Under the pieces are notes generated by a model, which had not been told where the DNA came from, ran no database searches, and saw only the letters and a program-made list of their open reading frames with translations. DNA of 61,752 bases, the filler included, from Trichosphaerium sp. ATCC 40318 (taxonomy: Eukaryota > Protista > Tubulinea): assembly GCA_038496445.1 (NCBI GenBank). It is 3 parts of 3 records of this genome, joined end to end, with 100 filler letters (N's around TTAATTAATTAA, not from the genome) between each part and the next. Parts side by side here need not be neighbours in the genome. Positions count along the whole stretch, not along the records: positions 1 to 28,646 come from JALMLS010000570.1; positions 28,747 to 50,852 come from JALMLS010000190.1; 1 more part is not named here. The stretch is one strand, 5' to 3'. This document shows, one piece after another, positions 26,332 through 40,253 of this stretch (position 1 is the first letter of the stretch; each line of letters begins with the position of its first letter). The position numbers and the translations under genes are program-made.

Positions 26332-27228
26332 AATAACACGTGATATTGCGCTATTAGACTTCCCACCAGAGATTTTAGTCAATATTTTATCATTTTTGGA
26401 TAAAACAAGATTCAATGTAGCACAGACGTGTTGGACGCTCTCAAATATCATACATTATCACGTGGGCTATAAGTACATTGAGATAACATCACAAGAAGGA
26501 TTTAAACTAATTTGTAACAGCCCACTAATACACCTAAACAATACAATGATTGCTTTTTCTTTTGGACCCTTTATGGTAACAGACAAGGAACTACAACCAC
26601 TGAAGGGCATATTCAAAATATACAATTTGAAGGTAACCCCTTCATAACAGATAAGGGCTTAGAGTCAATTGCAGGAGTACATACTTTATTGCTTTGGGAG
26701 TGTAGCAACATAACAAATGAAGGACTCAAAGCAATTGCTGGTGTACATACCATAAATATCTACAAATGTCCTCTCATCACTGGCGAAGGATACAAACACC
26801 TTAACGGTGCATATTCAATAAATGTAGGCTTAACAAATATCAATGATGATGGCTTAAAGGGATTAAGTGGTTCTCACTCTATAAATGTTAGCCAGTGTTC
26901 AAGAATAACAGATAAAGGAATATCATATCTTAAAGGTGTTCATGAAATTACTTTGTCAGGTACAAAAGTAACAGATGTTGGCGTGGAGGCATTCATTTCA
27001 GGAAATGGGAATATTTTAAGTAAAATTTATTTGTCTAGAACAAAGATTACAGATAAAGCTCTTAAATACCTCTCTGGCATAAATGAAGTTCATTTGAAGG
27101 ACTGTTATACAATAAACGGTGAAGGCATTAAGTATTTGGCAGGTGCAAAGGTCGTTGATTTGAGGGGCACAAACGTAACAGATGAAGAGATTAAACAGTT
27201 ATGTTCTGTTACAGCACTTTATTACTGA
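26332..27228 (+). pseudogene. F-box + LRR protein with a 1-nt frameshift near 26630
   Basis: LLDFPPEILVNILSFL...VAQTCWTL F-box; the frame shifts at ttgaaggtaacccc into GNPFITDKGLESIAGVHTLLLWEC, followed by about 9 LRRs. Confidence 0.8.
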
Positions 27229-27408
27229 TGGGGTAAGAGTATCATTAAGTGTAATAACCGAATACTCATTGTCCAGAGCCACTTCGTATGTAGTAAGTGC
27301 AAAGGAAGGTACTATTGACGCTTAAAGTAAATCAAAGGGCGTGTTGATGATAAAAGTAATAGCAAGTTCATTATTCTTGTTTATTTTTTCTCTTTTTTTT
27401 TTCTTTTC

Positions 27409-28646
27409 TTAATTTTGTTCTAATTGTACAAGGGAATCTGTTTTAAACAGCAACATTGCTTTATGCAATGCTAATATACGCTGTCTAAGCTCTTGGTTCG
27501 TAAACCATCGTCTTTCTAGGAACGGAAGTAGCTTAAAGTCATAAAGCGACAAAAATCCATAAAACTAACATAATTATCAGTACCAGAGCAAGTAATATTA
27601 ATAAAAGGCAATAGAAGTATCACAACATAATGATGCGTTTGTAATAAAAGGGCACGTGACGACGAAAAAGTTTACAAAAAAAAACAACCAAAAAAAAAGA
27701 GAAAATTCTGAGAAAAAAAATGCTATTGACTTTTTGGACGGTACTTGTTTACATACCTCGCAAATATCATCAACAGTAAGGACTTGTGCTAAAATCCGTT
27801 GGAATAGCTCAGTAAGATCATCTTCAGTCATTGTAAAACCTTCTTTTTTCAACGTTCTCGCAGCATAAGCCAGATCAATCTCTGTTTTAGGCTTTTTTCG
27901 TTCTGCGCTAACAGGTTGGTGCATTGCACGTTGCTTCAGTTAAAAAATTAGAAATGACGAAATAAAAGTCTGAGACTTGGCAAGTTTTTTGTCTCAAAAG
28001 AAAAAGTCAACCACAGTCACTGCAACTACAATAATTTATTGCTAGTGCTCGTACCTTGCAATACCGCTCATAAGAGCGTGTATTCTTCCAGTGATTAATA
28101 CGAATCGCTAAGAGGGTAATAAGGCAAAGACAGTTTAAAATCAAAAAAGAATAAATCAAAAACGCATCAGCAAGTAGTTACCATAGTAGTTTGTTGTAAT
28201 AGTAGACGTCCTAAGCTTTGAGTAATCAATATAATCACTAGGCAACCCAAACGCTGCATCTAATATATCCTGTGTATAACCCTATTTAAAGCAAGCGTAT
28301 AAGAATAAGAAAGAAAGAAAGACATAACTAGAAATTTATTCGAAAAAATCATCTACGCGCACCTGAAACTTCATTCTGAGCCAATACTCATCACAACCTA
28401 AGTCTAAACCCCTCTTAATGTTCTTTATGAACCAAGCATCGGGGTTATCGCGTTTACTGCTTTGTTTACTGCTCTGATTACTTGATTGAGCCGAGTTATC
28501 TCGAGATAACTACAGTCATGTATTAGCAAAAGCATCAATCATGTAGACCTCATTCCGAGTACATACATTCTTCAGTTTTCCCACTGATTTGTTCTTTGCT
28601 CGTCGTATAGCCTTAACAACACCATTGTTTTTACTAGTACTGTTCT
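27409..28646 (-). CDS. Multi-exon protein of unknown function, 5'-truncated by the contig end
   Basis: Open exons with GT-AG boundaries (DAWFIKNIKRGLDLGCDEYWLRMKFQ; EIDLAYAARTLKKEGF...DDICE; last exon ...LVQLEQN-TAA). Confidence 0.55.
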
Positions 28647-28746
28647 NNNNNNNNNNNNNNNNNNNNNNNNNNNNNNNNNNNNNNNNNNNNTTAATTAATT
28701 AANNNNNNNNNNNNNNNNNNNNNNNNNNNNNNNNNNNNNNNNNNNN
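28647..28746. other. Artificial contig-joining linker
   Basis: 44 N + TTAATTAATTAA (stops in all six frames) + 44 N. Confidence 0.97.
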
Positions 28747-29074
28747 GCCCTACTTCAATGCTTCATTGGGCAGTAGGTATCAGACCGTTTAAGGATGACT
28801 TTTGGACAACCAAGCACGTGTTTTTGTAATTCGGTGGCAAATAGGTTAATTTAAATAGGAATCAGCCTGGCTGCAAGTATAGTACCGGTTGCGTAGAACC
28901 AAATACGGAGATGATAACAAATATTGCTGCTATGACTGGAGGTCCTGTTGGTCCATCATATAGATTGGAGCTATGAACAGAGGTAACACTCAAAATCAAC
29001 ATACTTAAAATGATGTTCTAGAACATACAATTAGTCAGCGTCCTATTTTTTTCCGGACCGCCCTATTTTTTCCA

Positions 29075-29597
29075 CGTTTCACCATCTCTAAAAAAAAAAG
29101 CCTCAAAGTATTTGTATCGGTCGGTAAATCAACGTACATGTTTCATCTTCTCTAAACAAAAAATAGTTTAATGTAATTGTAACTGTTACCAGATTGTTCA
29201 CTTGACCAAGTTTAGGTATGTTATAGGTACTCAATGAGCACACTTACTCTTTGTATAGTACCTATTGAACCGATAATAGTCAAGAGCCTTCCTTTTTGCG
29301 TATATATTGGATTTTTCTTGTGAGTCGCGGGCGCTGCAGTCTCCAAGGATTCTAAGAAGACTATCAGCTGGCTTAGAAGCACACCTGACGCTCTTCATTA
29401 AGTCATCAATGACATTAAACCCTGATCAATTGCCTGGAGTAAGCGGTAGAGAAGACTTAATATCAGTTGTACACTGAAGAGGAAGAGATTGAAAGATTGC
29501 TCTAAGCGTAGATGCTAGAATTCTCCTTGCGACTCACGGGAGCTGCGCTCCTGTCGAAGGATTTCAATGAGAATGCAAGCTTTCTTGCTAACATCAT
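29075..29597. repeat. Dispersed repeat, inverted copy at 39678-39990; possible transposon relic
   Basis: ctcaaagtatttgtatcggtcggt...gtacctattgaaccgata is shared in inverted orientation; this copy has about 200 extra nt. Confidence 0.75.
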
Positions 29598-30369
29598 GGG
29601 TGAGAGAAGAAACCAAGAAAACAACTACGCACTGTTCTCCTGTACGGCATGGCATTTATAGCATCTGGTAATGATCCTACGCCAGGCATGGGTTTGTAGA
29701 CGCAGGATTCAGACTGGTTGCTCAATACAACAGCACAATAACCCCAGCCACCATCTCCCCACGTTGTAAGCATTAGGTTTATTTGAAAACTAGAAACATG
29801 TACAAAGAGACAGTCTAGTGTATTGAAGCCAATAGTCAGTTCGGATCAGGCAGAGTTTGAGGACGAGGTGCATTGTTGAACGTTATGACATTTTTGAGTT
29901 TTAAGCTACTTAACGTGTTATTTCACGTGAAGCGTGATTTGTAAAATGAAGAAACAAAGCAGAATGTCTCGGAGTTTTTGTTTTCAAACAAAAGCGAATT
30001 CCTTTAGTTGCAGTGGTACTCTATGAAAAAGCATGATTTAGTTTTAGATGAATACAATCTCACGTTAAAATTTCACAAGCAATTACAGAAAATATTCAAT
30101 TCTACATTGTGGTCTAAGCTAACAACTTAATTAAGCTCGTTTTTAAATATCTGGCACTCTCAAAAGCCAGTTAAGAAAAAAAATCCAGCTCCCAAGAAAC
30201 TTCTACTCACTAGACGCTAGAACTACATGCACTAAATGAGACGGAGGCACTGAATTAGTAATTTGACAAGAAGTATTTTTTTCTGTTTCTTGTCATCAAT
30301 CTCACCAGTAAAATGTTACTGATGTGCCAGTTATACAACTAAGACTAGGGTTGATAAAGTTTATTGTTT

Positions 30370-31491
30370 CTAGTTAACTTCTACATGCGCACCTGAACAA
30401 CGCAATTCAGCGATACATGAATGTGTCACTTTTCCCAGACGTATGAGAGTGATTTTATGAGCTCCTTTAAGAGCAGCAATGCCCTCATTTGTAACATTAA
30501 GATATCCAAGTGTGATGGTATGCACACCAGATAGAGCAGCTATACCTTTGTCTGTAAGATTTAAGGAAAGAATAAAAATTGTATGAACACCAGCCAAAGC
30601 ACTTATTCCATCATCTGTTATCTCGTTGCTCCTACACATCGCATACAAATAAATTGAATGAACGCCTGCAAGTGATTTAAGACCCTCATCTGTCACTGAG
30701 GTACCTCCAAGGTATATTGTATGAACACCTGATAGATGTTTCACACCTTTATCTGTGATTTGAGAGCACAGATAAAGACTTATTTTGTGTACGCCTGAGA
30801 ATGATTCAAGATCTTCATCTCTTACCTTCGTATCGTTTAAATTGATAGAATGAACGCCAGAAAGTACTCCAAAGTTTACGTCGTTGAGGGTTTTACATTT
30901 ATTTAGAGTTATGGTGTGAACTCCTGCCAGTGCTTTGAGACCCTCACGTGTAATTCCAGTACAACGACCAAGGTTTATTTTATGTACTCCAGCAAGCGCT
31001 TTTAGTGTAGAGTCATCAACGCAAAGCCACGCAAGATTTATTGTATGTACGCCAACCAAACTACTCAAACTTTTCTCATCAAGTGGTGTTTCTGAACGAG
31101 GAAGAGCTGATAGATCAAGATGCTTAACACCCTTCAGGTTAACTAAATGCTCCTTTTCTCGTAATTTATAAAATATCATTGTATGTCTTAGAACGCCCTT
31201 GTATTGAGATATCATTGCAGATTGATACGGCTTTGTTATAGTTGCTTGAAGGTAACCAACGTTTTGATGAATTATATCTGAGAAAAGATGATTTAGTTGT
31301 GATAACTTGTATCGAACGTCATCGTGAGAGGTTTGAGTAATAAGTGTTAATAATTCAATAGGAACGTCCAATATTCGTGTTGTTTTAGCGCTAAGGCGAA
31401 AGTAAGTCTTTGTACGTTAAATGGCTATTTTAACCAACATGTTTAATGTGATAGTTGGTTGTCAATAACACCGAACGCACCTCTGTTCCAT
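30370..31491 (-). CDS. F-box-like + LRR protein, intact (11-nt first exon plus one long exon)
   Basis: ATG GAA CAG AG|GTGCGT...TTAG|C gives MEQSAKTTRILDVPIELLTLI...LSQLNHLFSDII, followed by about 11 LxGVHTIxL repeats. Confidence 0.85.
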
Positions 31492-31768
31492 CAATTATGT
31501 TCGTTGTAAAATATGATAGTTATCTATTTGACCACGTGTTTATTAACCGACGTGTGTATTTAATGAATTTAGAAGCCACTAATTAACTGCGAGTCAACAA
31601 CGTTCAATGTTTGTAGCAATCTCTCTAGAGTTTAACTTTACCAACACATTTCAGAACAAGTTCTCTTCAATTTATTTTTAGTTTCAGCAAACACCTTAAG
31701 TCGCATCACACTAACCCTCTAAACAACGTTTACGATCGTAACCACTTGCTCTACGCTAATAAAAAATC

Positions 31769-33151
31769 ATGGCAGAAGAAGGCGCGAAGCGGGAAATACT
31801 GGAATTTAAAAAAAAAGACCTAGATTTCACTGTGACGCTCTGTGACGGCTTAGAAATATTTTGCAAGTCCATATTTCGCAAATACAGCGTTACAATATCA
31901 AATGACGCTCGAGCACGTAAACTTACCAAAGAACGGTGCCCAACCCTCGCACATATCTTCACTATGATGAAACTAGCAATTAAAGATGATGTGCGCCAAT
32001 CGAAGCTAGCAAAGACTTCAACTAAAACCAAATAGACTTCTCGATTTTCCTTAGACGTAAGCACAAGCGAAGGAGTTGTTTTGGAAGTCTCAGAGATCGA
32101 CATCCTTGATATCAAACAATCGCTGTTCCATATTTCTCTGTTACAACAACCCGTCGATACTCAAGTCATAGCAGAAGTAGTGGTTCGTGAAGGAGAATAA
32201 ATATCACGTGATGCTAACAACTTTTTTTTCAAGGTTGCCGATCTTAGAAGCCAACTTGCTGCGTTGAAGGCTAGTCTCTTGGGAGAAAGAACGAAATCTG
32301 AAGGGCTTGAAATTATGGTCAATGACCTAAAGACGAGATTGGCTTCAGAAGAGAATAAATCGCGTGATTTAGTTGCAGCAGTAAACGAATTAAAACTCAG
32401 TTTCGCAGAAGCATCAAAAAAGTCTGAAAAAGACTTTCTAGGTCTTCTCGCAAAGCAAACTGCTCGAGTGGACTCACTTGAACGAACGCTTTCGAATACA
32501 AAGACAGGATTAAGCGCTGTAACACGTTCACAAAAAGCAGCGGATATGAGTATCAAGGCTGTACGAACTAAGGCACTAGCGATTGAAAAGAACCTCACAA
32601 AAGTCGAAGAAATATCTAACAAGGCATTATGGAAGTTTAGTTTGCAAGAAGAATCATACCTGTCACTCTCTGAGCACGACACACGCGTAGAGGGTAACAA
32701 TTATAAGATAGACTCGGATTGCTGGAGGCACGGTGTGGTATATGTAAATGGTAGTTTTGCTTCAGGAGCCCACCATGTTGAAATCAGGTATTCAGTTTAT
32801 GTTACTTAACAATATTAACTGTATTGTAGTGTGAAAGCTTATACAGGAACTAAATTCTATTTGGGAGTAAAGGCGACAGGTTTTGGCGAATCCCATAAAA
32901 AGACATACACTGCCACGAGTAAAGGTGCTCGCGAGCGAGTTACACGTGAGTTGTTTCTAATTTTGTTTGTTGACTTCTCCATAGATGTAATATGTGTTAC
33001 ATTGAATATGTACAAACGAACAGTATCAATCTATTCGAAGGGAAGTAAATCAGAGCCTTTCAAACTTAGTGGTAGTTCATACAAGTTATATTTGAAAATG
33101 AAGGACAGAACAGTTGCACGCTTACTTACTTCTGAATGCTGGTCTGTATGA
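31769..33151 (+). CDS. Coiled-coil protein with a C-terminal SPRY/B30.2-like domain
   Basis: Spliceable exons; heptad-rich middle; SGAHHVEIR...FYLGV...DVICVTLNMYKRTVSIY resembles SPRY strands. Confidence 0.6.
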
Positions 33152-34702
33152 ATCTGTTTTAACAAAATAAATAACCACGTGATACTTAATTTCAACCAAA
33201 CAATGTAATTGCACATTATATGACATAGTACGAGTGCAAAGGGCACCTGTAAGTACTGGACTATTCTAATTGCAAAAAGTCTGGTAAAGTACAGATCTAT
33301 GAAAGAACCTTGCTTAGCCTTACGTGCCTTAAAAAAACCGATTAAAATAAATCTAGCCATTAAGAACTGACATGAGCGCTCCTCAAATACTCGACTTTGC
33401 GATTCATAGACGAGAACTGCCTATTTCTAGAAAAAACACTGCAAAGTCATCAAAACACCGTTCAACGCAGCCAATAGAGAAGGGTTCGCGTCTATATCGT
33501 ATTCTACAACATCCATACGCCTTATGGGTAATACAGCACCACGGGCCAGATCGCTATTCGGAGCAGATTGACACACTCCCAAGTACGACAGAGAAGCATC
33601 ATAACCCAAATTGTACGAATTCTCCTTTACATTACTACACTATTTTTGTGAATACTTCTATTTGAAGCTACTGCGGTCGTTATTACAACCCAAACCACTT
33701 TGGCAGCCAACCACTTGTTTTTCGTTAAACAAAAACCTCTTAACTTACGAAACCGCTAAAAGACGTTGTTACTTATTGTTTGTAGCATCCCATCCATCAT
33801 TGCACTCAAAACTTTAAAAATGATGACACTTGACAGCCTACGTAAACCAAAACGAGAACCTTTACGTACAAGCTCCTTCGATCAACTGCAGAATCCATTG
33901 TAGAACGCCCTAACAAACTAGCGGTTTAAACAAAAACCATGTACAAAATGTAAAAGAGCACAAGCGCAATTAATATTGTATTCTAACGCAAAGCCGCCTA
34001 CTTGTGTAACGCAAACACCGGTTTTGCTTTTTTCTACCACAAACACTCACTGTGGTTGACATATACCATATCATTGCGTTATACCCACATTTTTGCGCGC
34101 AAATAGCGCAACTGTGGGTGCAAAGCAGCCAACTAAATGAAAAACAACATTTACCGCTTTTTTTGGTTGAGGATTAGGAACTATTGCGAAAGCAACTGAA
34201 TATTGTAGACAAGTCTGTTTTCGTACTTGTACGGGCTTGAGTGACAAGTGGTTTCACATACAGTCAAATGATTTCATATTTTCCAAGTTACTTACGCCGC
34301 ATACACCTGCGCTCCCTCAAGGTAACAGCACAATTATTTTAATAACGAGTTTGTGGCTTTTTCTTCAATTCGCTTGAGAAATCATTACAAATATCAAAAC
34401 GCCTTTTCACACCTAACGCCTAGTAATTTTAACTCACAAAACGAGCTTTTTGTCAACAGGCACTTCAATATTCTCAACATTTGGTTTTTCCTGTATTGCA
34501 GTAACTCTTTCACGTCATTTTAAAGCATTTCATAACACTTCAATGACAAGTGAGGGTTGAAACTTTTCCGCCCTTTATTTTTCTTCTTTTACGCCACAAC
34601 ACCTCAAACATCTTTATTCTTTAATGCTCTTATTCTATTGTTCTTATCAATCGTTCAAAAGGTTGTTTTATCACTCAGCCCGCTAAAAAACGTTACAGGG
34701 TG

Positions 34703-37038
34703 ATGGAATGCGTAAACAAGTCCATACGGCACCCTAACTATACTAAAAAGCGCCACAAGTTCGTCAAGGGCGAAAATGTTGAATTCCTTCTAACAGGCGC
34801 AGAGTCGTACCATTCGTTCGCATGGCTATCGGTACGTTATTATATACGAGCAATATAACGAGTTAAATGCGATATTTTTTTTTGGGTTTTTGATTAACTT
34901 CTTTTGTTCGTATTTAAATGTCAATCTATTACCTTATTCGTATTAATTACCTTTCGATTAACCTACAGGCATATTCCAGAATTCATAAAACATCATTTTA
35001 CGCCCAGACTTTTTGTCTGTTTTTTTTTTTTTTTCATTTCGCGCTAAATTCTATAACGACCCGTTTTAACTATCGCATTAAACTATCACCAATAAAATAA
35101 TACCGTTCGCGGTGTTTTAGCCGTATTCTAAGTCTGAAAAAAAAAACAAAACGAAAAAAACCGAAAAATTTTCTCGTCTTTGCCCTTTTGTCGCCTTTGA
35201 GCGTAAAAAATTTCGTTTTCATTATGTGTATCCAATCACCTTAGTACTTTAAGAAAAATTATCACATGAATTTTGCACGTGCTAATGTTTCGTTTTTTTT
35301 TTTGTAGGCAAGAGTACAAGATCTCGGATGTAAGACTGTTATTGGTATTGTTATTCCTTACTACGTCATTGAATGGGGAAAAAATCATGTGACTACTGTT
35401 GAAGAGTGGCAGTTACGAAAACAAAGGCCTAAGGTCTTAGCAAAGGAGTACGTTGATAGATATCAATCAAATAATACTGTGTTAATTAACAAGAACGCAA
35501 TGAACATCATAAACATTTTTTATTCGCTGTTCTTTTTTTTTCTTTCGTTTTTTCTGCGTTGCTGGTCTTGTCTGACGTACTTTTTAGAAAGCAACTTCAT
35601 GCTGGAACATACGTTGAAGTACAGTCTGTTATGGATGGTGTAGAGTATTGGTTTTGCGCAAGGGTAAGGCTCAGTGAACCATTTTTTGTTTTTTCCAAAA
35701 AAAAAAGAGCTTATTCATTTTGTAGGTGCGAGAAAAATGCCCAGAGAGTATGCAGACTGTGCATGTAATATACAGAAATACCTCATGGCAAAACAGCTTT
35801 GATAAGGATAAGGAGCATTATAGAAATTATTTACATATGAACAAGGCTCGTGTATCGATAGGTAAGGTCTTTGTTTTATTATTTTCTATTTTTATTTTGT
35901 TTGCTTTGCATGGTTACTCTTTATTGTGTTACTATTCTTGGTTGCTATCAGCTTATTTGATACTTAGTTGCAACGCACGATTTATTGACACAGATGATTT
36001 GGAAAGAGAATGGTGAGTTTGAGGATGAAATGTTTGAAATAAAACTTAAAAACGGTCAATGTTAGGTCTTAACTTTATCTATAGGTCGCGATATTCCCCG
36101 TAGATTAATATCAGATGAAGAGCACAATATTGAACGCATGTGTACGTATTTTTTACCAAAATATTCGATAAAATAAAAAGGCTGTCACGTGATGTGCGCT
36201 AGCTACACTTAGTTATTTTTAAATATTTTTTTACGTATGTTTGTTAACGTTTTTGTGATAGATAAAGAGTTCCAACAGTGGAACAATCAAGTAGGTATTG
36301 CTCGAGATAAGGTTCGTTATATTTTTCCGAAATAGTGACAACATGAGTCACACAAACTGATTGTTTATTATAGGGTCTCATCGCAGCAGGCTTACCAAGC
36401 ACGGCAGAAGATTTTGAACCTTTGAGGTACGAGGTCAACTCCTGTGAGTAGTTGTGATTAATTTCTTTCTTTAGGGACCAAATTGTAGAGTATGCAGACT
36501 CCCTCCTAAATGCCAGAGAATATGATAGAGCTATAGAACTTATTGGGTTGATAAAGATTTTAGAAGAGCTCATAGAAAGGTCACAACGTGCAGAGAAAGG
36601 TAACGCTTTAGGAAGATTTCTTTTCAACAATTTTATTTTTGTTTCTCACTGCACGTGCTTACAGTGGTTTTTGTAGCGAAATTGATAACGCTTAAAGCAA
36701 CATTAAATGACCTAATACAACACCAAGATGGCCCATCTCACGTAAAAAGGAAGGCACCAGGAGATGATAAGAACCTTTCAATGCGTCTTGATTCTATTTC
36801 TCATGAAAGTAAACGTCCTCGTCTTGATACAACTATAATGGCTCAACCACGTGATACAATGGTAAATGGATATCCAAGTATTGGTATGGGTCAATATACA
36901 AAGCCTGGAAACGCTTATAACCAAAAGACGAACAGTTTATTCCCAAAGTCAAACCCTGTTAATTCAGCTCAAACAAACAAAAAGATTTTTGAAGACTTAC
37001 CTGATCTTGACCCAGGGATTGTTGCAGAGTGCTTTTAA
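34703..37038 (+). CDS. Protein with tandem Tudor/Agenet-like domains
   Basis: FVKGENVEF...WLS|ARVQD...YVIEW...VEEWQLRK and LHAGTYVEV...WFCAR|VRE follow the Agenet/Tudor pattern; basic NLS-like KRK...KRPR in the last exon. Confidence 0.6.
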
Positions 37039-37499
37039 GTTATCCACACACTGACCAAGGAGCATTCAGTATATATGTCATATCTTCTATTTTTTTTCTG
37101 AAGTCGTACAGACGTCTGGCAATCAAAAGAAAAGGAGATTGTGATTAAAAAAAAAACCACAAAAAAAAACACTTGTACAAAAGTTTTATTACATAAAAAA
37201 AAATCGAAAGAGTCATCATTATGAACTTTAAAAACAGTAGTAGCCATTGTGTAAACAAAGGAGTTTATTTATTTGACAGTTACTTGTACGAGTATTGAAC
37301 ACTTATTGGGCACAACAATGTGGATACGACATTCAGATAAATAGCAGGTTTAGAGTAACAATGAAGAACTTCGATTTCAATTGTTGTTGGTTTACGTTGT
37401 GCTCCTACACTTCTACAGATGCTTCTTGCAACGTTTCTGATATGTCATAGAGTGCCTATTGGTTGTGATCTGCTACACTTCGTACAGACGCTCACTGGT

Positions 37500-37632
37500 A
37501 AGAAAAGTATCATTGGTTAAGTTCTTGCTTGATGTAGGCGCGTTATGTGATAAAAAAGATAGATGGGGCAATACACCAAAGGATGACGCTTTACGGCACA
37601 AACATTGTCCTGTAGTATCCGTACTTAACTAA
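37500..37632 (+). pseudogene. Ankyrin repeat fragment
   Basis: LVKFLLDVGALCDKKDRWGNTPKDDALRHKH; no intact upstream frame. Confidence 0.55.
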
Positions 37633-37645
37633 TGTATTTAAGAGG

Positions 37646-38611
37646 TTACACAATTATAGTTTGTTCTTTACCATCAACCCACATTGATTGATACTTTAGT
37701 TTTCCATCTTTATACCAGCCTTTAATATCTCCATGTCTTTTACCATCAACCCACGTGGACTGGCTCTTAAGCTGTCCATTTTCATACCAGCATTTAATAT
37801 CTCCGTGTCTTTTACCATCAACCCACATGGACTGGCGCTTAAGTTGTCCATTTTCATACCATAATTTACATTCACCATGCCGTTTATCATCAACCCACAT
37901 GGACTAGTCCTGAAGTTGTCCATTTTCGTACCATCCTATACTTTCACCAGTTTGTTTACCATTGACCCACATGGATTGGCCTTCAAGTTGTCCATTCTCA
38001 TACCAATCTCTACGTTTGCCATGTTGTTTGTCATTGGCCCACATGAATAGATACTGTAATTGGCCATTCTTAAACCATCCTTTACTTTCACCAGTATGTT
38101 TACCATCAACCCATGAGGCTTGTCGCTCCAGTTGTCCATTGTTATGCCACTTTTTAAATTCACCATGTAGTTTACCATTAACCCACATGGCATGGTATAG
38201 TAGTTGTCCGTTGTCATACCATGCTTTATTTTCACCATGCTGTTTATCATTAACCCACATGGATTGGACCTGAAGTTGTCCACTTTCATACCATGACACA
38301 CACTCACCTTCTTTTTTACCATTGACTTGTGTGTACTGCTCCTTGAGTGATCCATTTGGATACCATTCTTTAATCAACCCATTTACTGTGTATTGATGAG
38401 ACTTCACCTTTCCACTTTTATACCATCTTATCCATATCCCTTTTCTTTGTAATACTTCATTAAAATGAGTATTTGTTGCAGCTCTCTTTGATAGAGTGTG
38501 GAATTTCGTGAATGTTTCAACGTTGAAAGTACAAATATAGGTTTGAAGTTCACATGGAATATCCAATAAAGTCAAAGCATGCAATTCATTGCACAATTTT
38601 CTTTTACACAA
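37646..38611 (-). pseudogene. F-box-like + MORN-variant repeat protein with one in-frame TAG
   Basis: LLDIPCELQTYI N-terminus; about ten 24-aa repeats WYENGQLxxQSMWVNGKxHG; TAG at 37904-37906 sits at the conserved Q position and the frame continues to 37646. Confidence 0.85.
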
Positions 38612-39677
38612 GGGACTAGAATACTACGAAGAAAAAAATGTTAGATAATAGTACAACAATATTATCTTGTGTCAGTCAAGCTAGGCTGCTGGTTTGTTGG
38701 CCTTTACTGTTGTAAGAACTACAAATAAGTAGTTTTGTACTGAGTAAAAAACTGGATTGACTGGTTCGCACTAGTTTTCAAGAAATTTGGCACGTGACGC
38801 GTGATATGTCCTATTTCTAAGAAATCACGTGTTTTTGCGCCGTTTTGTTCTTACAGCATAAATCAAATTAAAAAAAAAACCGAACGGGTAGTTGTGCTTG
38901 TTATTAAAGCATAGCCTCAAAAAACAAAGCTAAGGCGCAGTATGCACATCGTACGTACCATGTGCATAGTGAATAAATACTGCAAATCCTGCCGCTGCCT
39001 TGGAGACTTGTTGCGCCTTCGGAGAAATGTTTTGCTGGTAGCTTACTAGGAACGACTTTTTTTTTTTACCACAATTGTGTAGAAAACTGTCAGCTAGTGT
39101 CTAAGTACAAAGTGCAAACGTACGTAAGTATCGTGAGTACTATTAAAGGCTACCACATGCCGGTAAAGCGACCTAATTGTCACTGACTTGCATTACAAAT
39201 TGACATTTAGAATCACAACAATCGTTAGATCCCTATCGTCCATTGGCTCCTACAAACAACATACACCAGATTGGAGGAGAACCTATCTCTTGGCTTGACC
39301 GCTTGGTCACGAAGCCTGAGACCCTTGTTTTATTAAAAGTCACAGAACCACAATAAAACAATCACCGAAAAACCAAAAACTTTTCCGAGTACATTGTAGT
39401 CATTGCGTAATTGCCTCTAGCCGTTGTTACGCCTCTAGGTTGTTGACTTTGTACGTTAGTTCGCCAACCTCCCTTAGTCTCAAACGTCCGTAAAACCTGG
39501 TTTGTACAGCCATAATCCTTAAATTATCCAGCTGACAATTCATAACAAATTCATTGTGCTGACTTGTATAAGTAACCTGGAAATGTAATATGTATGTAAG
39601 ACTTGACTGAATTCTAACACATCTTAAAGGGTTTTATTTTGGACTGAAAATGAGAACAATAAACATTAGTGAGACGG

Positions 39678-39990
39678 AGATGTTAGCAAGAAAGATTGAG
39701 CTCGCGTTGAAATCCTTTAACAAGAGCGCAGCTCCCGCGAGTCGCAAGAAGAATCTCAACATTTACGCAAAAAGAAAGGCTCTTCTATCGGTTCAATAGG
39801 TACTATACAAAGAATAATTGTGCTCATTGAGTACCTACAACATATCTAAACTTGGTCAAGTGAACAATTTGGAGACAGATACAATTACATTAAACTATTT
39901 TTTTTTTAGAGAAGGTGAAACATGTGCGTTGATTGACCGACCGATACAAATACTTTGAGACTTTTTTTTTTAGAGAGATGGTGAAACGTA
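39678..39990. repeat. Inverted copy of the 29075-29597 repeat
   Basis: Direct sequence match in reverse complement. Confidence 0.75.
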
Positions 39991-40253
39991 CACGTTGGGA
40001 GCTCTTGTACATCCTGATTATATCACTGAGATCATGAAGATGGATGATTACGAAGCATACATATGGGAAAATCGTTACTACCCAATAGTGTAAAGAAGAG
40101 AATTTGAGACAGAAGAGAGCACGAAAGCATTGGACAGTTTTAAACCTATTTCCGTATATGTTAAGAACAAATGTTGATAATCTCAGCTTGGGTTCTTGGG
40201 TACTACCAAGCATAGTACAATTCTGATTGTAATATACTGAACGATCATGCGAG

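Noticed and set aside
28691-28702. TTAATTAATTAA palindrome as a biological site
   Set aside because: Embedded in symmetric N runs and repeated exactly at 50897-50908; it is an assembly linker.
31391-31440. ATG followed by an in-frame TAA upstream of the 30370 LRR gene (readthrough?)
   Set aside because: This lies within an intron; an 11-nt exon at 31481-31491 supplies an in-frame start.
33340-34520. Possible minus-strand gene with splice-like signals
   Set aside because: Could not assemble a stop-free spliced frame or recognise a domain; left unannotated.
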